A stretch of DNA of 57,287 bases, taken from an uncultured Candidatus Peribacteria bacterium. GTDB taxonomy: Bacteria; Patescibacteriota; Gracilibacteria; UBA4473. The stretch is from NCBI GenBank assembly GCA_964513975.1, contig CAZEON010000001.1:1-57287 (forward strand), read 5' to 3'. The notes under the pieces were generated by a model. It was not told the origin of the DNA, made no database searches, and was given only the letters and a program-made list of their open reading frames with translations. Of the stretch, positions 8,413 through 17,566 are shown piece by piece (within the stretch, counting starts at the first letter, position 1; each line of letters starts with the position of its first letter). The translations under genes were made by a program, and so were the position numbers.

Positions 8413-8514
8413 TTTTATTAAGAGGTGAGGAGAGGTACGACTCTATGAATCACCAGCAACCCGCCAACTGAATGGCAAAGGTGCTCCACTCGTATGGGAT
8501 GAAGTTTGATAGAA
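8413..8514 (+). promoter_or_regulatory. SAM-I (S-box) riboswitch aptamer
   Basis: UUAUUAAGAG-GUG-AGGAGAGGUACGACUCUAUGAAUCACC-AGCAACC-CGCCA..UGGCAAAG-GUGCU...UGAUAGAA follows the S-box consensus. That includes P1, the P2 kink-turn GA motifs, GCAACC and GUGCU. It lies directly upstream of metK. Confidence 0.8.
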
Positions 8515-8536
8515 GTTGCTAACGCAACTTTTTTTA
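8512..8536 (+). terminator. Riboswitch expression-platform terminator (AAGTTGC-TAAC-GCAACTT plus a T-run)
   Basis: A 7-bp stem followed by TTTTTT, 13 nt before the metK ATG. The 5' arm can alternatively pair with GCAAC at 8456-8460 in the aptamer. Confidence 0.75.
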
Positions 8537-8548
8537 ACACTACGCACA

Positions 8549-9667
8549 ATGAAAACTTTTTTCTCATCGGAATCGGTAACTGAAGGGCATCCTGATAAAA
8601 TCGCGGATCAAATATCCGACAGTATCCTTGATGCCATCCTCGCTCAAGATCCGGATGCACGCGTTGCGTGTGAGGTTCTCGTCAATACGGGACTGGTCAT
8701 AGTGGCTGGAGAAATCACCACCAACTGCTACATCGATGTGCAGAAGATTGCACGAGAGCGAATTTTAGAGATTGGATACAACTCTGCCGATGTGTGCTTC
8801 GATGGGAACACGTGTGCCGTTATTAATGCGATTGAGGAACAATCACCCGATATTGCGCAAGGAGTCGACACAGGGGGCGCAGGGGATCAAGGATTGATGT
8901 TTGGATACGCATGCGATGAAACGCTAGAGCTCATGCCGTTGTCTATTGTCACGGCGCATAATTTAACGCGGAAACTCGCGGAAGTGAGAAAAGCAGGAAC
9001 GTTAAAATACTTGAGACCTGATGGGAAAGCGCAGGTTACGTTTGAGTATTGTGACGGCGTGCCAGTTCGATTAGACTCAGTCGTGGTGTCAACACAACAT
9101 AATGACAAAGTAGATCTCAAACAACTGCGAGAAGACATCAAGAAGGAAGTTATAGAACCGATTTGCGCAGAATGGATGGACGAGAAAACAATTCTTCATA
9201 TCAACCCAACCGGACGATTCGTTATTGGAGGTCCGCAAGGAGATTGTGGAATGACCGGACGAAAAATTATCGTTGATACGTATGGTGGATACGGACGACA
9301 CGGAGGAGGTGCTTTCTCTGGGAAAGATCCATCCAAGACAGACCGATCAGGAGCCTATGCTGCGCGCTGGGTGGCCAAAAATATAGTCGCGAACAAGCTC
9401 GCAACTAAATGTGAAGTGCAACTCGCGTATGCGATTGGCGTTGTCGATCCTGTTTCTATCTACGTGGATTGTTTTGGAACAAGTGAATATTCTCCCGAAC
9501 AATTGGAAAAAATTGTACGAAAAAACTTTGACCTAACGCCGAATGGCATCATTTCTTCGCTTGATCTCAAACGTCCCATATACGTACCAGTAGCGAGTTA
9601 TGGACATTTTGGACGAGAGGATTTGAACTTGCCGTGGGAGCAAATTAAAACAGTGAACAGTTTATAG
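8549..9667 (+). CDS. metK: S-adenosylmethionine synthetase
   Basis: Motifs present: [26 protein letters not shown] and [16 protein letters not shown]. The start was trimmed to the MKTFF ATG downstream of the terminator. Confidence 0.95.
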   Translation: MKTFFSSESVTEGHPDKIADQISDSILDAILAQDPDARVACEVLVNTGLVIVAGEITTNCYIDVQKIARERILEIGYNSADVCFDGNTCAVINAIEEQSPDIAQGVDTGGAGDQGLMFGYACDETLELMPLSIVTAHNLTRKLAEVRKAGTLKYLRPDGKAQVTFEYCDGVPVRLDSVVVSTQHNDKVDLKQLREDIKKEVIEPICAEWMDEKTILHINPTGRFVIGGPQGDCGMTGRKIIVDTYGGYGRHGGGAFSGKDPSKTDRSGAYAARWVAKNIVANKLATKCEVQLAYAIGVVDPVSIYVDCFGTSEYSPEQLEKIVRKNFDLTPNGIISSLDLKRPIYVPVASYGHFGREDLNLPWEQIKTVNSL

Positions 9668-9710
9668 TTTTTAGAATCGAGAAGGGTTGAAAAGTTTAAG
9701 TAATAATTTC

Positions 9711-9751
9711 AGATTGTGGATTGCAGATTTAAAAATCCGAAATCGAAAATC
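9711..9751. repeat. Short tandem AT-rich tract (GATTGYG / AAATCGA heptamer-like units)
   Basis: Read directly: agattgtggattgcagatttaaaaatccgaaatcgaaaatc. Confidence 0.7.
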
Positions 9752-9767
9752 TTTCCTGGTTGACCGC

Positions 9768-11138
9768 ATGAGAAACATTTCTATAATTCGCCCGATGAAG
9801 GAATTTAAAGTGCGAAAAATCGAACAGAAACGATCGCGCAGTAAATATAAAGCCTGGAGAAAACTAACCCGTATTTTTGGACGAAAGGGGGCGATTGGGA
9901 TTATGGCTGTGATTGGTCTGGGGATTATTTTTTGGGGAGGATCGGCGGTAATTGATTCTGGATTTTTTGTAGAAACAACGCGTCAGATTTTTTCATTTGG
10001 TCCACTCGATAAAGATAAAAATGGACACACTAATATTCTCCTCTTGGGAGTAGCGGGAGAAGGGGCTGAGGGAGGAAACCTGTCTGATTCTATTATGGTG
10101 GTGTCAGTCAATCCGAGCACGCCATCGGTTTCAATGTTGAGTTTACCACGAGATTTATTCCTTTCTTCTCGAATTGGAGATCGAAAAGTGAATGAGATTT
10201 ACGCAGCAGCTCGATATAAACAAGGAAATCGTCGGGGACTTGAGATTATAAAAGACGCAGTATCAGAATTCACCGGCATGCCGATTCATTATGGAGCGGT
10301 GATTAATTTCAGAGTTTTTGCAGAAGTGATTGATGAAATGGGAGGGCTTGATATTTTTGTTCCCGAAGCGATTGAAGATCCGTTTTATCCAGATGTTGAT
10401 TATGGATATCAAACATTTGTTGTGCGCAAAGGATTCCAACATTTCGATGGGGATACAGCGCTCAAATACGCGCGAAGTCGAAAAACATCGTCTGATTATG
10501 ACCGAGCAAAACGACAACAAGATATTATTCTCGCGATTCGGCAGAAAGCAGAAAACATGAGTTTGCTAACAGACTTTGGGAAGCTCGGAGAATTCTTTCA
10601 ACTCTATAGAAAAAACGTGAATACAGACATGGGGTTGACACAGATGATCGCACTTGCAAAAGTAGGCTTGGGAATTGATTACGGAAACGTAGTTTCAGCG
10701 GTGCTCAATGATGATCCGACACAAATGGGAGGATTTCTCTATACGCCTGCGAAAGAGTTTTACGGAGGGCAATTTGTTCTGCTTCCAGAGGATTTGAAAG
10801 ACACACAACTTTTTATGGATTTAGTATTGATTCACCCAGAGATTCTGCTCGAGAATACACAGATTTCTGTGCTCAACGGATCAATGACATCAGGGCTTGC
10901 TTCTCGTATGGCAATTCGGCTTCGACGTCTTGGATTTCATATAATTGATGTAGGAAATTATAAGTCAGATCGTCCAGTGTTTCGTACATTTTTGCGTGAT
11001 TACACGGGGGGCAAGGATATCAAAACAAAGAAAATTATTGAGCGTGTGTTTGATGTAAACCACACAGAAGTTATCTCCGTAGAAGAACAAGATCCGAATA
11101 ACTTGATCGACTTGCAAGTGATTTTGGGAACGAACTAG
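9768..11138 (+). CDS. LytR-CpsA-Psr (LCP) family cell-envelope phosphotransferase with a LytR_C domain
   Basis: N-terminal transmembrane helix, then NILLLGVAG...NLSDSIMVVSVN...LSLPRDL and the C-terminal ISVLNGSMTSGLAS...LRRLGF. The start was trimmed out of the repeat tract. Confidence 0.82.
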   Translation: MRNISIIRPMKEFKVRKIEQKRSRSKYKAWRKLTRIFGRKGAIGIMAVIGLGIIFWGGSAVIDSGFFVETTRQIFSFGPLDKDKNGHTNILLLGVAGEGAEGGNLSDSIMVVSVNPSTPSVSMLSLPRDLFLSSRIGDRKVNEIYAAARYKQGNRRGLEIIKDAVSEFTGMPIHYGAVINFRVFAEVIDEMGGLDIFVPEAIEDPFYPDVDYGYQTFVVRKGFQHFDGDTALKYARSRKTSSDYDRAKRQQDIILAIRQKAENMSLLTDFGKLGEFFQLYRKNVNTDMGLTQMIALAKVGLGIDYGNVVSAVLNDDPTQMGGFLYTPAKEFYGGQFVLLPEDLKDTQLFMDLVLIHPEILLENTQISVLNGSMTSGLASRMAIRLRRLGFHIIDVGNYKSDRPVFRTFLRDYTGGKDIKTKKIIERVFDVNHTEVISVEEQDPNNLIDLQVILGTN

Positions 11139-11139
11139 G

Positions 11140-11220
11140 GAATTTTCAATTTTCAATTTCCCATTTTCAAATGAAAGTGTTTTTTTTAAATTGCAAATTG
11201 ACAATTGGCAATTGAAAATG
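11140..11220. repeat. Short tandem AT-rich tracts ((AATTTTC)n and CAATTG-based units)
   Basis: Read directly: gaattttcaattttcaatttcccattttcaaatg ... aaattgcaaattgacaattggcaattgaaaatg. Confidence 0.75.
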
Positions 11221-11252
11221 ATTCTGTTTTGTTTTAGAATGTAGGTAATTTC

Positions 11253-11657
11253 ATGCTAAAAAAATTATTCTGGAGTTTGTGCATAGGAGTTCTCCTCACG
11301 GGAGGAGTATTTGCAGTATCAGCTCCACCAGTTTCTAATGGTGGACTTTTGCCAGGGCCAACATTGCATACAAAAGAGGGAGAGGCGCCTATAGACGTAA
11401 AAATAGGACAGACCTATATTTCAAACAAACTGATTCCCAAAATTGTGAGTGGGTTTTTGATGATTATGCTTATGGTAGGAGTGATAATGCTTATTATTGC
11501 AGGAATAAATTACATTCTCTGTGCTGGGGATTCGGAGAAAGTGAAGCAAGCAAAAGATATTATTTACTGGGCACTTGTTGCTATTATTATTGCCGTGATG
11601 GCATTTGCGATTGTGAAATTTGTTATTGGTATTGATATTGGTAATGTCTTTGGATAA
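11253..11657 (+). CDS. TrbC/VirB2-like pilin-type small membrane protein (paralog 1)
   Basis: Signal peptide and two C-terminal hydrophobic helices joined by the loop AGINYILCAGDSEKVKQAKDII, as in CPR-type pilins. Confidence 0.55.
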   Translation: MLKKLFWSLCIGVLLTGGVFAVSAPPVSNGGLLPGPTLHTKEGEAPIDVKIGQTYISNKLIPKIVSGFLMIMLMVGVIMLIIAGINYILCAGDSEKVKQAKDIIYWALVAIIIAVMAFAIVKFVIGIDIGNVFG

Positions 11658-12109
11658 TGATGAAACGAGTATTTATGGTTGCACTTCTTTTTTTACTCTT
11701 GGGAGGGAGTGTAGGAGCAGTGACGTTTGAAGAGGCAATGAAACAAAAAGGGAATAACAATAGTGGTGTTGAAGGACTTTTTCCAAGTTGGGAGCATAAG
11801 CCAGATGGAAAAATTTGGGTTTACCCCCAGGTTGCTGGAGTAATAGGACAGAATGAAGATGGAGAGAACGGAACAGAAAAGTTGCTCATGCTTTATATTC
11901 CCCATCTTATTAATATCCTTCTGAAATTTGTGGCCCCACTGATTATGGTAGCAATGATTTATGCAGGGATTCGATTTGTGTATGCAGGAAGTAATGAAGA
12001 AGAACTCTCTCAGGCAAAGGATGTTTTCACCTACACCCTTATGGGAGCACTTTTTGTAATATTGAGTTATTCCATTATGAAGGCGCTATATTTTCTTCTT
12101 TCAACATGA
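11657..12109 (+). CDS. TrbC/VirB2-like pilin-type small membrane protein (paralog 2)
   Basis: Same architecture, with the loop GIRFVYAGSNEEELSQAKDVF. It overlaps the previous gene by 1 nt. Confidence 0.55.
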   Translation: MMKRVFMVALLFLLLGGSVGAVTFEEAMKQKGNNNSGVEGLFPSWEHKPDGKIWVYPQVAGVIGQNEDGENGTEKLLMLYIPHLINILLKFVAPLIMVAMIYAGIRFVYAGSNEEELSQAKDVFTYTLMGALFVILSYSIMKALYFLLST

Positions 12110-12543
12110 AAAAATTAATTTTTGTTTTCTGTTTAATTTTTGCAACAGGGAGTGTTTTTGCACAATATGAAGGGTATAACTTAGAAAATGCTTTGAAGGA
12201 ATTAAACGTAAATATTGAAAACCATCCAGAATACTTACCTGGGGCAGGACAAATGGAGAACCATGAAATAAGAACGAAGTATATGGGATCGAGCTGGGCA
12301 ATTACGTATTATATCCAAAGAATCGCGACGGCTCTCACTGGTCTTGCGGCTGCCGTTGCCGTTCTCTTTATTATTCAAAATTCATTTAACATTCTCACCT
12401 CAGCTGGTGGATCGGAAATAATAACAAAATCAAAAAAAGGTCTGATGTGGTCAATTATCGGACTCGTGCTTATTATGGGGGCGTATATTGTCGTAAAGAC
12501 TATTGTCTCACTGCCATATTCAGCAGAGGTATTAATACCTTAG
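12106..12543 (+). CDS. TrbC/VirB2-like pilin-type small membrane protein (paralog 3)
   Basis: Same architecture, with the loop ILTSAGGSEIITKSKKGL. It overlaps the previous gene by 4 nt. Confidence 0.5.
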   Translation: MKKLIFVFCLIFATGSVFAQYEGYNLENALKELNVNIENHPEYLPGAGQMENHEIRTKYMGSSWAITYYIQRIATALTGLAAAVAVLFIIQNSFNILTSAGGSEIITKSKKGLMWSIIGLVLIMGAYIVVKTIVSLPYSAEVLIP

Positions 12544-12550
12544 TTTGTTA

Positions 12551-12997
12551 TTACTTTCCCATCAATTTCTTCCGCAGAGCTTCAGCTTCGGCTTCTTCGC
12601 CAGAGGCCTCAGTTTCTTCTTCGGCTTTAATCTCTCCCATTTCGATTTCTTTTTCTCGTTCTTTTTTGAGTTTCCCTACATCATCTGAGAATTCTTTTTC
12701 GAGTTCTGAAAATTTTTGTTTTTCTTCTTCAAATATTTTGATGAGCTCGTTGATCTGTTCAATCTTGAGTCGTGGAATTGCATCAATTACTCGTTTCTTC
12801 TCCTCCATTGTGAGAGAAATAGATCCTTCAAGGAGTGTCAAAAAAGCATCGTCATCAAAGGTTGTATCTGGATGGGGAGGAATAGTGAAGACGTGTCCAT
12901 CTCGTTTTCCGAGTTGTCCGTCGCGAGTATTTGGATCTACTGGAGAATCGTCTCCAGCGGGTTTTTGATCTTGTGGATTGGTGTTGTCTTCAGTCAT
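12551..12997 (-). CDS. Hypothetical acidic coiled-coil protein
   Basis: 148-aa ORF with a Glu/Lys-rich C-terminus. The plus-strand ORFs across it are low-complexity shadows. Confidence 0.5.
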   Translation of the reverse strand: MTEDNTNPQDQKPAGDDSPVDPNTRDGQLGKRDGHVFTIPPHPDTTFDDDAFLTLLEGSISLTMEEKKRVIDAIPRLKIEQINELIKIFEEEKQKFSELEKEFSDDVGKLKKEREKEIEMGEIKAEEETEASGEEAEAEALRKKLMGK

Positions 12998-13057
12998 ATT
13001 GAGAAAGAAAATATATGAGAAATGTACAGAATTATCCCTTCGGAAACAATAGTTTTT

Positions 13058-13498
13058 CTATTTCTTTTTTGGATTCGCCTTTTTCACGGCTGGTTTTTTT
13101 GCCGCTGGTTTTTTTGTAATCGACTTTTTAGCGGGTGTTTCTTTCTTTTCTTCAGTTGCTTTTGGTGCCGTTTTCTTTGCAGCGCCTCCTCCGATCTTCG
13201 TAATTTCAATAACGGTATAGTGTTGTCTGTGGCCTCGTGTTCGTCGGTATCGTTTTCGTGGTTTCATTTTAAAGACCACAATCTTGTCTCCTCGTCCTTG
13301 TTCAAGAACCTTTGCTTCTACTTTTTTTCCTGCGATAAGTGGTGTTCCGATTTCAAATCCAGAACCGTCATCTTCAGAAATAAGAAGTGTGTCAAAAGAA
13401 ACAGTTTTTCCAATTTCTGCTTCGAGTTTGTCTACTTCGATTTGCTCTCCTACTTTTACGAGCGCTTGATGTCCGCCGATTTTTGCTACTGCAATCAT
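13058..13498 (-). CDS. rplU: 50S ribosomal protein L21 with a Lys/Ala-rich C-terminal extension
   Basis: MIAVAKIGGHQALVKVGEQIEVDKL...GDKIVVFKMKPRKRYRRTRGHRQHYT is the L21 core. The start was trimmed to ATG 13498. Confidence 0.85.
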   Translation of the reverse strand: MIAVAKIGGHQALVKVGEQIEVDKLEAEIGKTVSFDTLLISEDDGSGFEIGTPLIAGKKVEAKVLEQGRGDKIVVFKMKPRKRYRRTRGHRQHYTVIEITKIGGGAAKKTAPKATEEKKETPAKKSITKKPAAKKPAVKKANPKKK

Positions 13499-13610
13499 TT
13501 TAGAGTGGTTCGTCATGGCTTGGAGGTTTTTCAACGCTTGAACCCAAACACATAGAAATAATCGGGTGGAATGTATTGTTTTACAAAGGAATGTCAACAG
13601 GAAGGGGGCT

Positions 13611-13678
13611 ATTTTCAATTGGCAATTGCCAATTTGCCATTTCGGATTTGCGATTGCGGATTGCGAATTTTCGATTTA
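13611..13678. repeat. Short tandem AT-rich tract (CAATTG / GCGATTG units)
   Basis: Read directly: attttcaattggcaattgccaatttgccatttcggatttgcgattgcggattgcgaattttcgattt. Confidence 0.75.
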
Positions 13679-13690
13679 CAATGAGAGGCA

Positions 13691-14596
13691 ATGAGACACG
13701 TTTTATCGGCGGCGCAATTTGAGAAGGCAGAGTTGCTAGAAATCATGCAACAGTCGGTAGAAATGGAAAAATTACTTGATAGCGGGGGGACCGATATGGC
13801 GAAAGGAAAAATATTGGCAACGCTCTTCTACGAACCTTCTACACGAACACGACTCAGCTTCGAAACAGCGATGAATAGACTCGGAGGAAAAGTGATTTCT
13901 ACGAGTGATGTGACGTTCTCTTCGGTAAGCAAAGGAGAGACAATTGAAGACACGATCCGTATTCTCTCGGGATATGCTGATGTGGTCGCGATGCGATCAA
14001 AAGAAGTCGGATACGCCGATCGAGCGGCAAAGATGTCGGGAGTTCCCGTACTTAATGCAGGAGACGGGGCTGGAGAACATCCTACGCAGTCACTCCTTGA
14101 CCTCTACACGATTCAAAAATATTTCACACTGGATGAACCACTCAACGTGGTGTTTGTCGGAGATATGAAATACGGACGAACGGTTCACTCACTCGAAACA
14201 ATTTTGAGAAACTTTGATAATGTGACAATTACCTTCGTCGCGCCGGAAGTGATTCAGATTCCAGAGAGTCATTTCAAAGCAGAACTGGGGGATAAGAAAT
14301 TTAATGAATTGAATGATGAAATTTTGCAGAACGCGGATGTGATTTATGACACGCGAGTACAAGAAGAACGATTTGAAGATCGTGATGAATACATGCGACT
14401 GCGAGACGCCTTCATCTTCGACACAGAAAAAGTATCCAAGATGAAACCGAATGCGATTCTGCTTCACCCACTGCCACGGGTAAATGAAATCACGGTAGAA
14501 GTAGATGACCTTCCACAAGCAAAATATTTCGAGCAAGCAAAGAATGGAGTGCCTGTACGAATGACGCTTATTGCGCGAGGACTCGAGTTGATATAA
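13691..14596 (+). CDS. pyrB: Aspartate carbamoyltransferase catalytic subunit
   Basis: Motifs present: STRTRLSFE, HPTQ and HPLPR. Confidence 0.92.
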   Translation: MRHVLSAAQFEKAELLEIMQQSVEMEKLLDSGGTDMAKGKILATLFYEPSTRTRLSFETAMNRLGGKVISTSDVTFSSVSKGETIEDTIRILSGYADVVAMRSKEVGYADRAAKMSGVPVLNAGDGAGEHPTQSLLDLYTIQKYFTLDEPLNVVFVGDMKYGRTVHSLETILRNFDNVTITFVAPEVIQIPESHFKAELGDKKFNELNDEILQNADVIYDTRVQEERFEDRDEYMRLRDAFIFDTEKVSKMKPNAILLHPLPRVNEITVEVDDLPQAKYFEQAKNGVPVRMTLIARGLELI

Positions 14597-14685
14597 TGTT
14601 AAAGGCTAAAGGTAAAAGGTAAAAAGAATTTCCAAATTTTAAATTTAAAACAGTATTGTCATTGCGATCAGGATGATTTTGAGAT

Positions 14686-14914
14686 GAGGAATGAGTCCAA
14701 AAGCATGCGGAGAAGCAATCTACTTCCGATTTTTTTATAAGTTTTTGTACAGAATCATTTGTACAGAATCAAAAGACTCATCCGACTCTGTGAACAGGAT
14801 GATATGATCAAGTATAATATTCGCCACCTTCTCTTTCACTTCCATTCCATTTCAGTGAAAAAGAAGGTTTTAATGATGGTACAACTTTCTATCATTTTAA
14901 ACAAAATCAATGAT
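14686..14914 (+). repeat. Structured intergenic repeat, copy 1 (core 14761-14914), paralog of 57002-57180
   Basis: The core is about 88% identical by eye to 57026-57180. It contains a 15-bp imperfect hairpin, ACCTTCTCTTTCACT-N13-AGTGAAAAAGAAGGT, at 14826-14868. There is also a local tandem duplication of TTTGTACAGAATCA. Confidence 0.8.
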
Positions 14915-14962
14915 AGGGCGGAACGAAGAATTTCTTTGCAAAAAAGAGCGAACCATGTTGAA

Positions 14963-16174
14963 ATGAGCGTAATGAATTATCAGATTAAAAATGTTCGCAT
15001 TATCGATGCAACGCAAGATCGGGTGGGCGATGTATTTATTGAGGACGGTGTCATTGTTGAAAACGAAATCCAAGATGCAGAGGTTCTAGACGGGACAGGG
15101 AAGATTCTTTTTCCGGGGCTCATTGATCCACATGTTCACTTTCGAGATCCTGGACTCACGCACAAAGAAGATCTTTTTACCGGATCTCGTTCTGCCGTTG
15201 CGGGAGGCGTAACGACATTCTTTGAAATGCCCAATACTAAACCACCGACATTTACCTTACAAAATCTGGAACAAAAACGCGCACTGGCTCGTGAAAAATC
15301 CTGTGCAAATTTTGGGTTTTACTTCGGAGCGGGAATGGCGAATGCGGAAGAAATTAAAAAAGCAAAAAATATTCCAGGTGTGAAATTGTATCTGAACACG
15401 ACAACAGGGGACTTGAAGATGGATCAAGAAGATACGTGGCGCACGATCTTCAATGTTGCGCACAGAGTACTTCTCCACGCGGAAGGAGAGACGTTTGCAC
15501 GAGCTATTGAAATTTGGAAAGAAGAAGGTGCGCCATGTGAGGTGCATTTGTGTCATGTGAGTTTGGCCTCAGAAGTCGCACTTCTTCGAGAATTAAAACA
15601 ATCAGAATATGCAGACAAAATTTCCTCAGAAGTGTGTCCACATCACCTGCTTCTCACCAATGAAGCACAAGGACCATTTGCAGAAATGAAACCACCACTG
15701 GCAACAAATGCCGACCTGAAGGCACTCTGGGAAGGCGTAGAAGATGGTACGATTGATATCTTTGCCACCGATCACGCTCCCCATACCAAAGAAGAAAAAT
15801 TGGGGGCTACTGTTCCTTTCGGTGTTCCGGGTGTGGAAACATTGTTGCCACTTCTGTTTACAGAATTTCAAAAACGAAACCTATCGCTTCAAAAACTCGC
15901 CTTCATGATGAGTAAGCGAACGGTAGAACTTTTTCACGTTCAAGACAAGAAAGGTGTTCTTGCGTCAGGATATGATGCGGACCTTGTTCTTCTCGACCCA
16001 ACATCGGGTGTTATCGACGCAGAACAATTTTTTTCCAAAGCAAAACATTCACCGTTCGATGGGCGAGAAGTAGAGGGACGGGTTGAAAAAACATTTGTAA
16101 ACGGAACATTGGTGTTCGACAAAGGCGTCTTTGTGGACGAAGATTTTCGTGGGAAGGAAATTCTTTTTTCTTAA
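14963..16174 (+). CDS. pyrC: Dihydroorotase
   Basis: DPHVHFRDPG, ATDHAPH and the amidohydrolase fold pattern. The listed ORF start at 14759 runs through the repeat and was trimmed. An alternative ATG is at 14972. Confidence 0.88.
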   Translation: MSVMNYQIKNVRIIDATQDRVGDVFIEDGVIVENEIQDAEVLDGTGKILFPGLIDPHVHFRDPGLTHKEDLFTGSRSAVAGGVTTFFEMPNTKPPTFTLQNLEQKRALAREKSCANFGFYFGAGMANAEEIKKAKNIPGVKLYLNTTTGDLKMDQEDTWRTIFNVAHRVLLHAEGETFARAIEIWKEEGAPCEVHLCHVSLASEVALLRELKQSEYADKISSEVCPHHLLLTNEAQGPFAEMKPPLATNADLKALWEGVEDGTIDIFATDHAPHTKEEKLGATVPFGVPGVETLLPLLFTEFQKRNLSLQKLAFMMSKRTVELFHVQDKKGVLASGYDADLVLLDPTSGVIDAEQFFSKAKHSPFDGREVEGRVEKTFVNGTLVFDKGVFVDEDFRGKEILFS

Positions 16175-16626
16175 GGACCGATAAAGAATCCTGGATTAAT
16201 CGTCTTAAGAATTACTGCCGATAAAAAGAGGAGTGCCAAGCTTAAGAGTGCTTGGAATATTCTTGTTTTTGCAGAAGCAACAAGATCAGCCTGTGCGCCT
16301 CCCATGGTAATCTGAATTCCTGAAATAACGATAATCAGCACACAGATAATTCCCAGAATAGAAGCTCCGTAAACATAAATAATATGGATATAATTTTTCA
16401 TAAGATCTACTCCGCTTTTCCCCACAATCATATCGTCTTTTCCTATTTTTTCCCGGAATTCTATTTTATAACAACAGCACTCATATTGTTCATTTCCTGG
16501 TTTAGAACAATCTGGATTGATTTTACATACTACCTTAGAGCAATCATAACCGTCCTCTGCAAACGCCGTAGAGAGGGGGGAACAAATGGCAAGAACCAGA
16601 AAGAAAAGGAGTATTTGTTTTTTCAT
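16171..16626 (-). CDS. Pilin-like small membrane protein with a Cys-rich N-terminal domain (TrbC/VirB2-like C-terminus)
   Basis: Signal peptide, eight Cys residues in DCSKVVCKINPDCSKPGNEQYECCC, then two transmembrane helices with the loop GIQITMGGAQADLVASAKTRIF. Confidence 0.5.
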   Translation of the reverse strand: MKKQILLFFLVLAICSPLSTAFAEDGYDCSKVVCKINPDCSKPGNEQYECCCYKIEFREKIGKDDMIVGKSGVDLMKNYIHIIYVYGASILGIICVLIIVISGIQITMGGAQADLVASAKTRIFQALLSLALLFLSAVILKTINPGFFIGP

Positions 16627-17414
16627 TATCCAGTGGAGGTAAAGATGATGGAAAGGACAAATTGAACGGTAATAAAACTCATAAAGGCAATGAGCAATCC
16701 AATAACAGTGTAGAAGAAAATGTTTTTTCCTTTTTGAAGCTGACTCTCATCCCCCTGAGAGGTGATCATATAATAAGCTCCAATGATAAGCATGAGGACA
16801 GCAAAGGTTCCAATGACTTGTGTCATAAGTTTGAGTATCCGGTTGAGAATATTTCGATCTTTTTCTTCTTTATCAGTAATATCAAAAATATTAAGATTTG
16901 CCTCATTTCCTACATTGATTTTAGAAAGCTTAAAAAAGCTGGTAGTACTTCCTATAAAATTAATACGAGAGGTTGAAGCAGAATTATTTGCACAATTTAG
17001 TCTTTTTTGTAGTTCGGCGATTTCATCGTAAAGTGGTACAATTAATGCTTCGATAGGAGGGATTGCATCAAGCTTGTCTTGACGGTTATCGTTAATTGCT
17101 TTTTGTAATTCATAAGGGGTCCAATTTTCTACACCAGGTGTTTTTTTTACTAAAATAACACAGTCATCATATTTTTTCTTTAGATCCGCAATCTCGTCTC
17201 TTTTTTCTTGTATTTTAATATCAAGAACTTTTTTTTCTTTATCGAAATCGGCTTGAGCTGTTTTTTGCTGAGTGAGGCAGTTTGTAACTTCTTGTGCTGT
17301 TCCTACTGTCTCTTTGCACGTATTGATTGTTTCGTCACAATAATCCTTCATCGCAAAAGAAACTCCGCTGGTGAGGAGCGAGAGGAGAAGGAAAAACAAA
17401 AGGAATCTTTTCAT
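16626..17414 (-). CDS. Secreted coiled-coil protein with a TrbC/VirB2-like C-terminal membrane hairpin
   Basis: Signal peptide MKRFLLFFLLLSLLTSGVSFA, a coiled-coil middle, and the C-terminus IGAYYMITSQGDESQLQKGKNIFFY. The start was trimmed to ATG 17414. Confidence 0.5.
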   Translation of the reverse strand: MKRFLLFFLLLSLLTSGVSFAMKDYCDETINTCKETVGTAQEVTNCLTQQKTAQADFDKEKKVLDIKIQEKRDEIADLKKKYDDCVILVKKTPGVENWTPYELQKAINDNRQDKLDAIPPIEALIVPLYDEIAELQKRLNCANNSASTSRINFIGSTTSFFKLSKINVGNEANLNIFDITDKEEKDRNILNRILKLMTQVIGTFAVLMLIIGAYYMITSQGDESQLQKGKNIFFYTVIGLLIAFMSFITVQFVLSIIFTSTG

Positions 17415-17438
17415 TTCCCAGATAATAACATTGGGGTA

Positions 17439-17475
17439 GAGAATTTTCAATTTTCAATTGCCAATTTACAATTTT
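17439..17475. repeat. Short tandem AT-rich tract ((AATTTTC)n / CAATTG)
   Basis: Read directly: gagaattttcaattttcaattgccaatttacaatttt. Confidence 0.7.
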
Positions 17476-17523
17476 AAGCCTGGCCTTAAAGAAGAGCAAT
17501 TCTCGTCATAGAGTGAAGAGCGC

Positions 17524-17552
17524 TTGTGAAAGTCTTGAATATGTGGTATAAT
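17524..17552 (+). promoter_or_regulatory. Near-consensus orphan sigma70-type promoter (TTGTGA-17 nt-TGgTATAAT)
   Basis: Read directly. It points into the 3' end of the convergent minus-strand operon, and no plus-strand ORF follows. Confidence 0.4.
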
Positions 17553-17566
17553 GAGGGGCTAGAGGG

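Noticed and set aside
9687-9767. The TTG-initiated extension of the LCP gene
   Set aside because: It translates the tandem AT-rich repeat tract, so it is more likely intergenic.
12447-13555. Ser/Phe/Cys-rich plus-strand ORFs (12447-12968, 12716-13018, 13022-13555)
   Set aside because: They are antisense shadows of the Glu/Lys-rich acidic protein gene and of rplU, with extremely biased composition.
14759-14962. The N-terminal extension of the dihydroorotase ORF
   Set aside because: The extension is encoded by the dispersed structured repeat that also occurs at 57026-57180. The conserved dihydroorotase sequence begins at MSVMNYQIKNVRIID.
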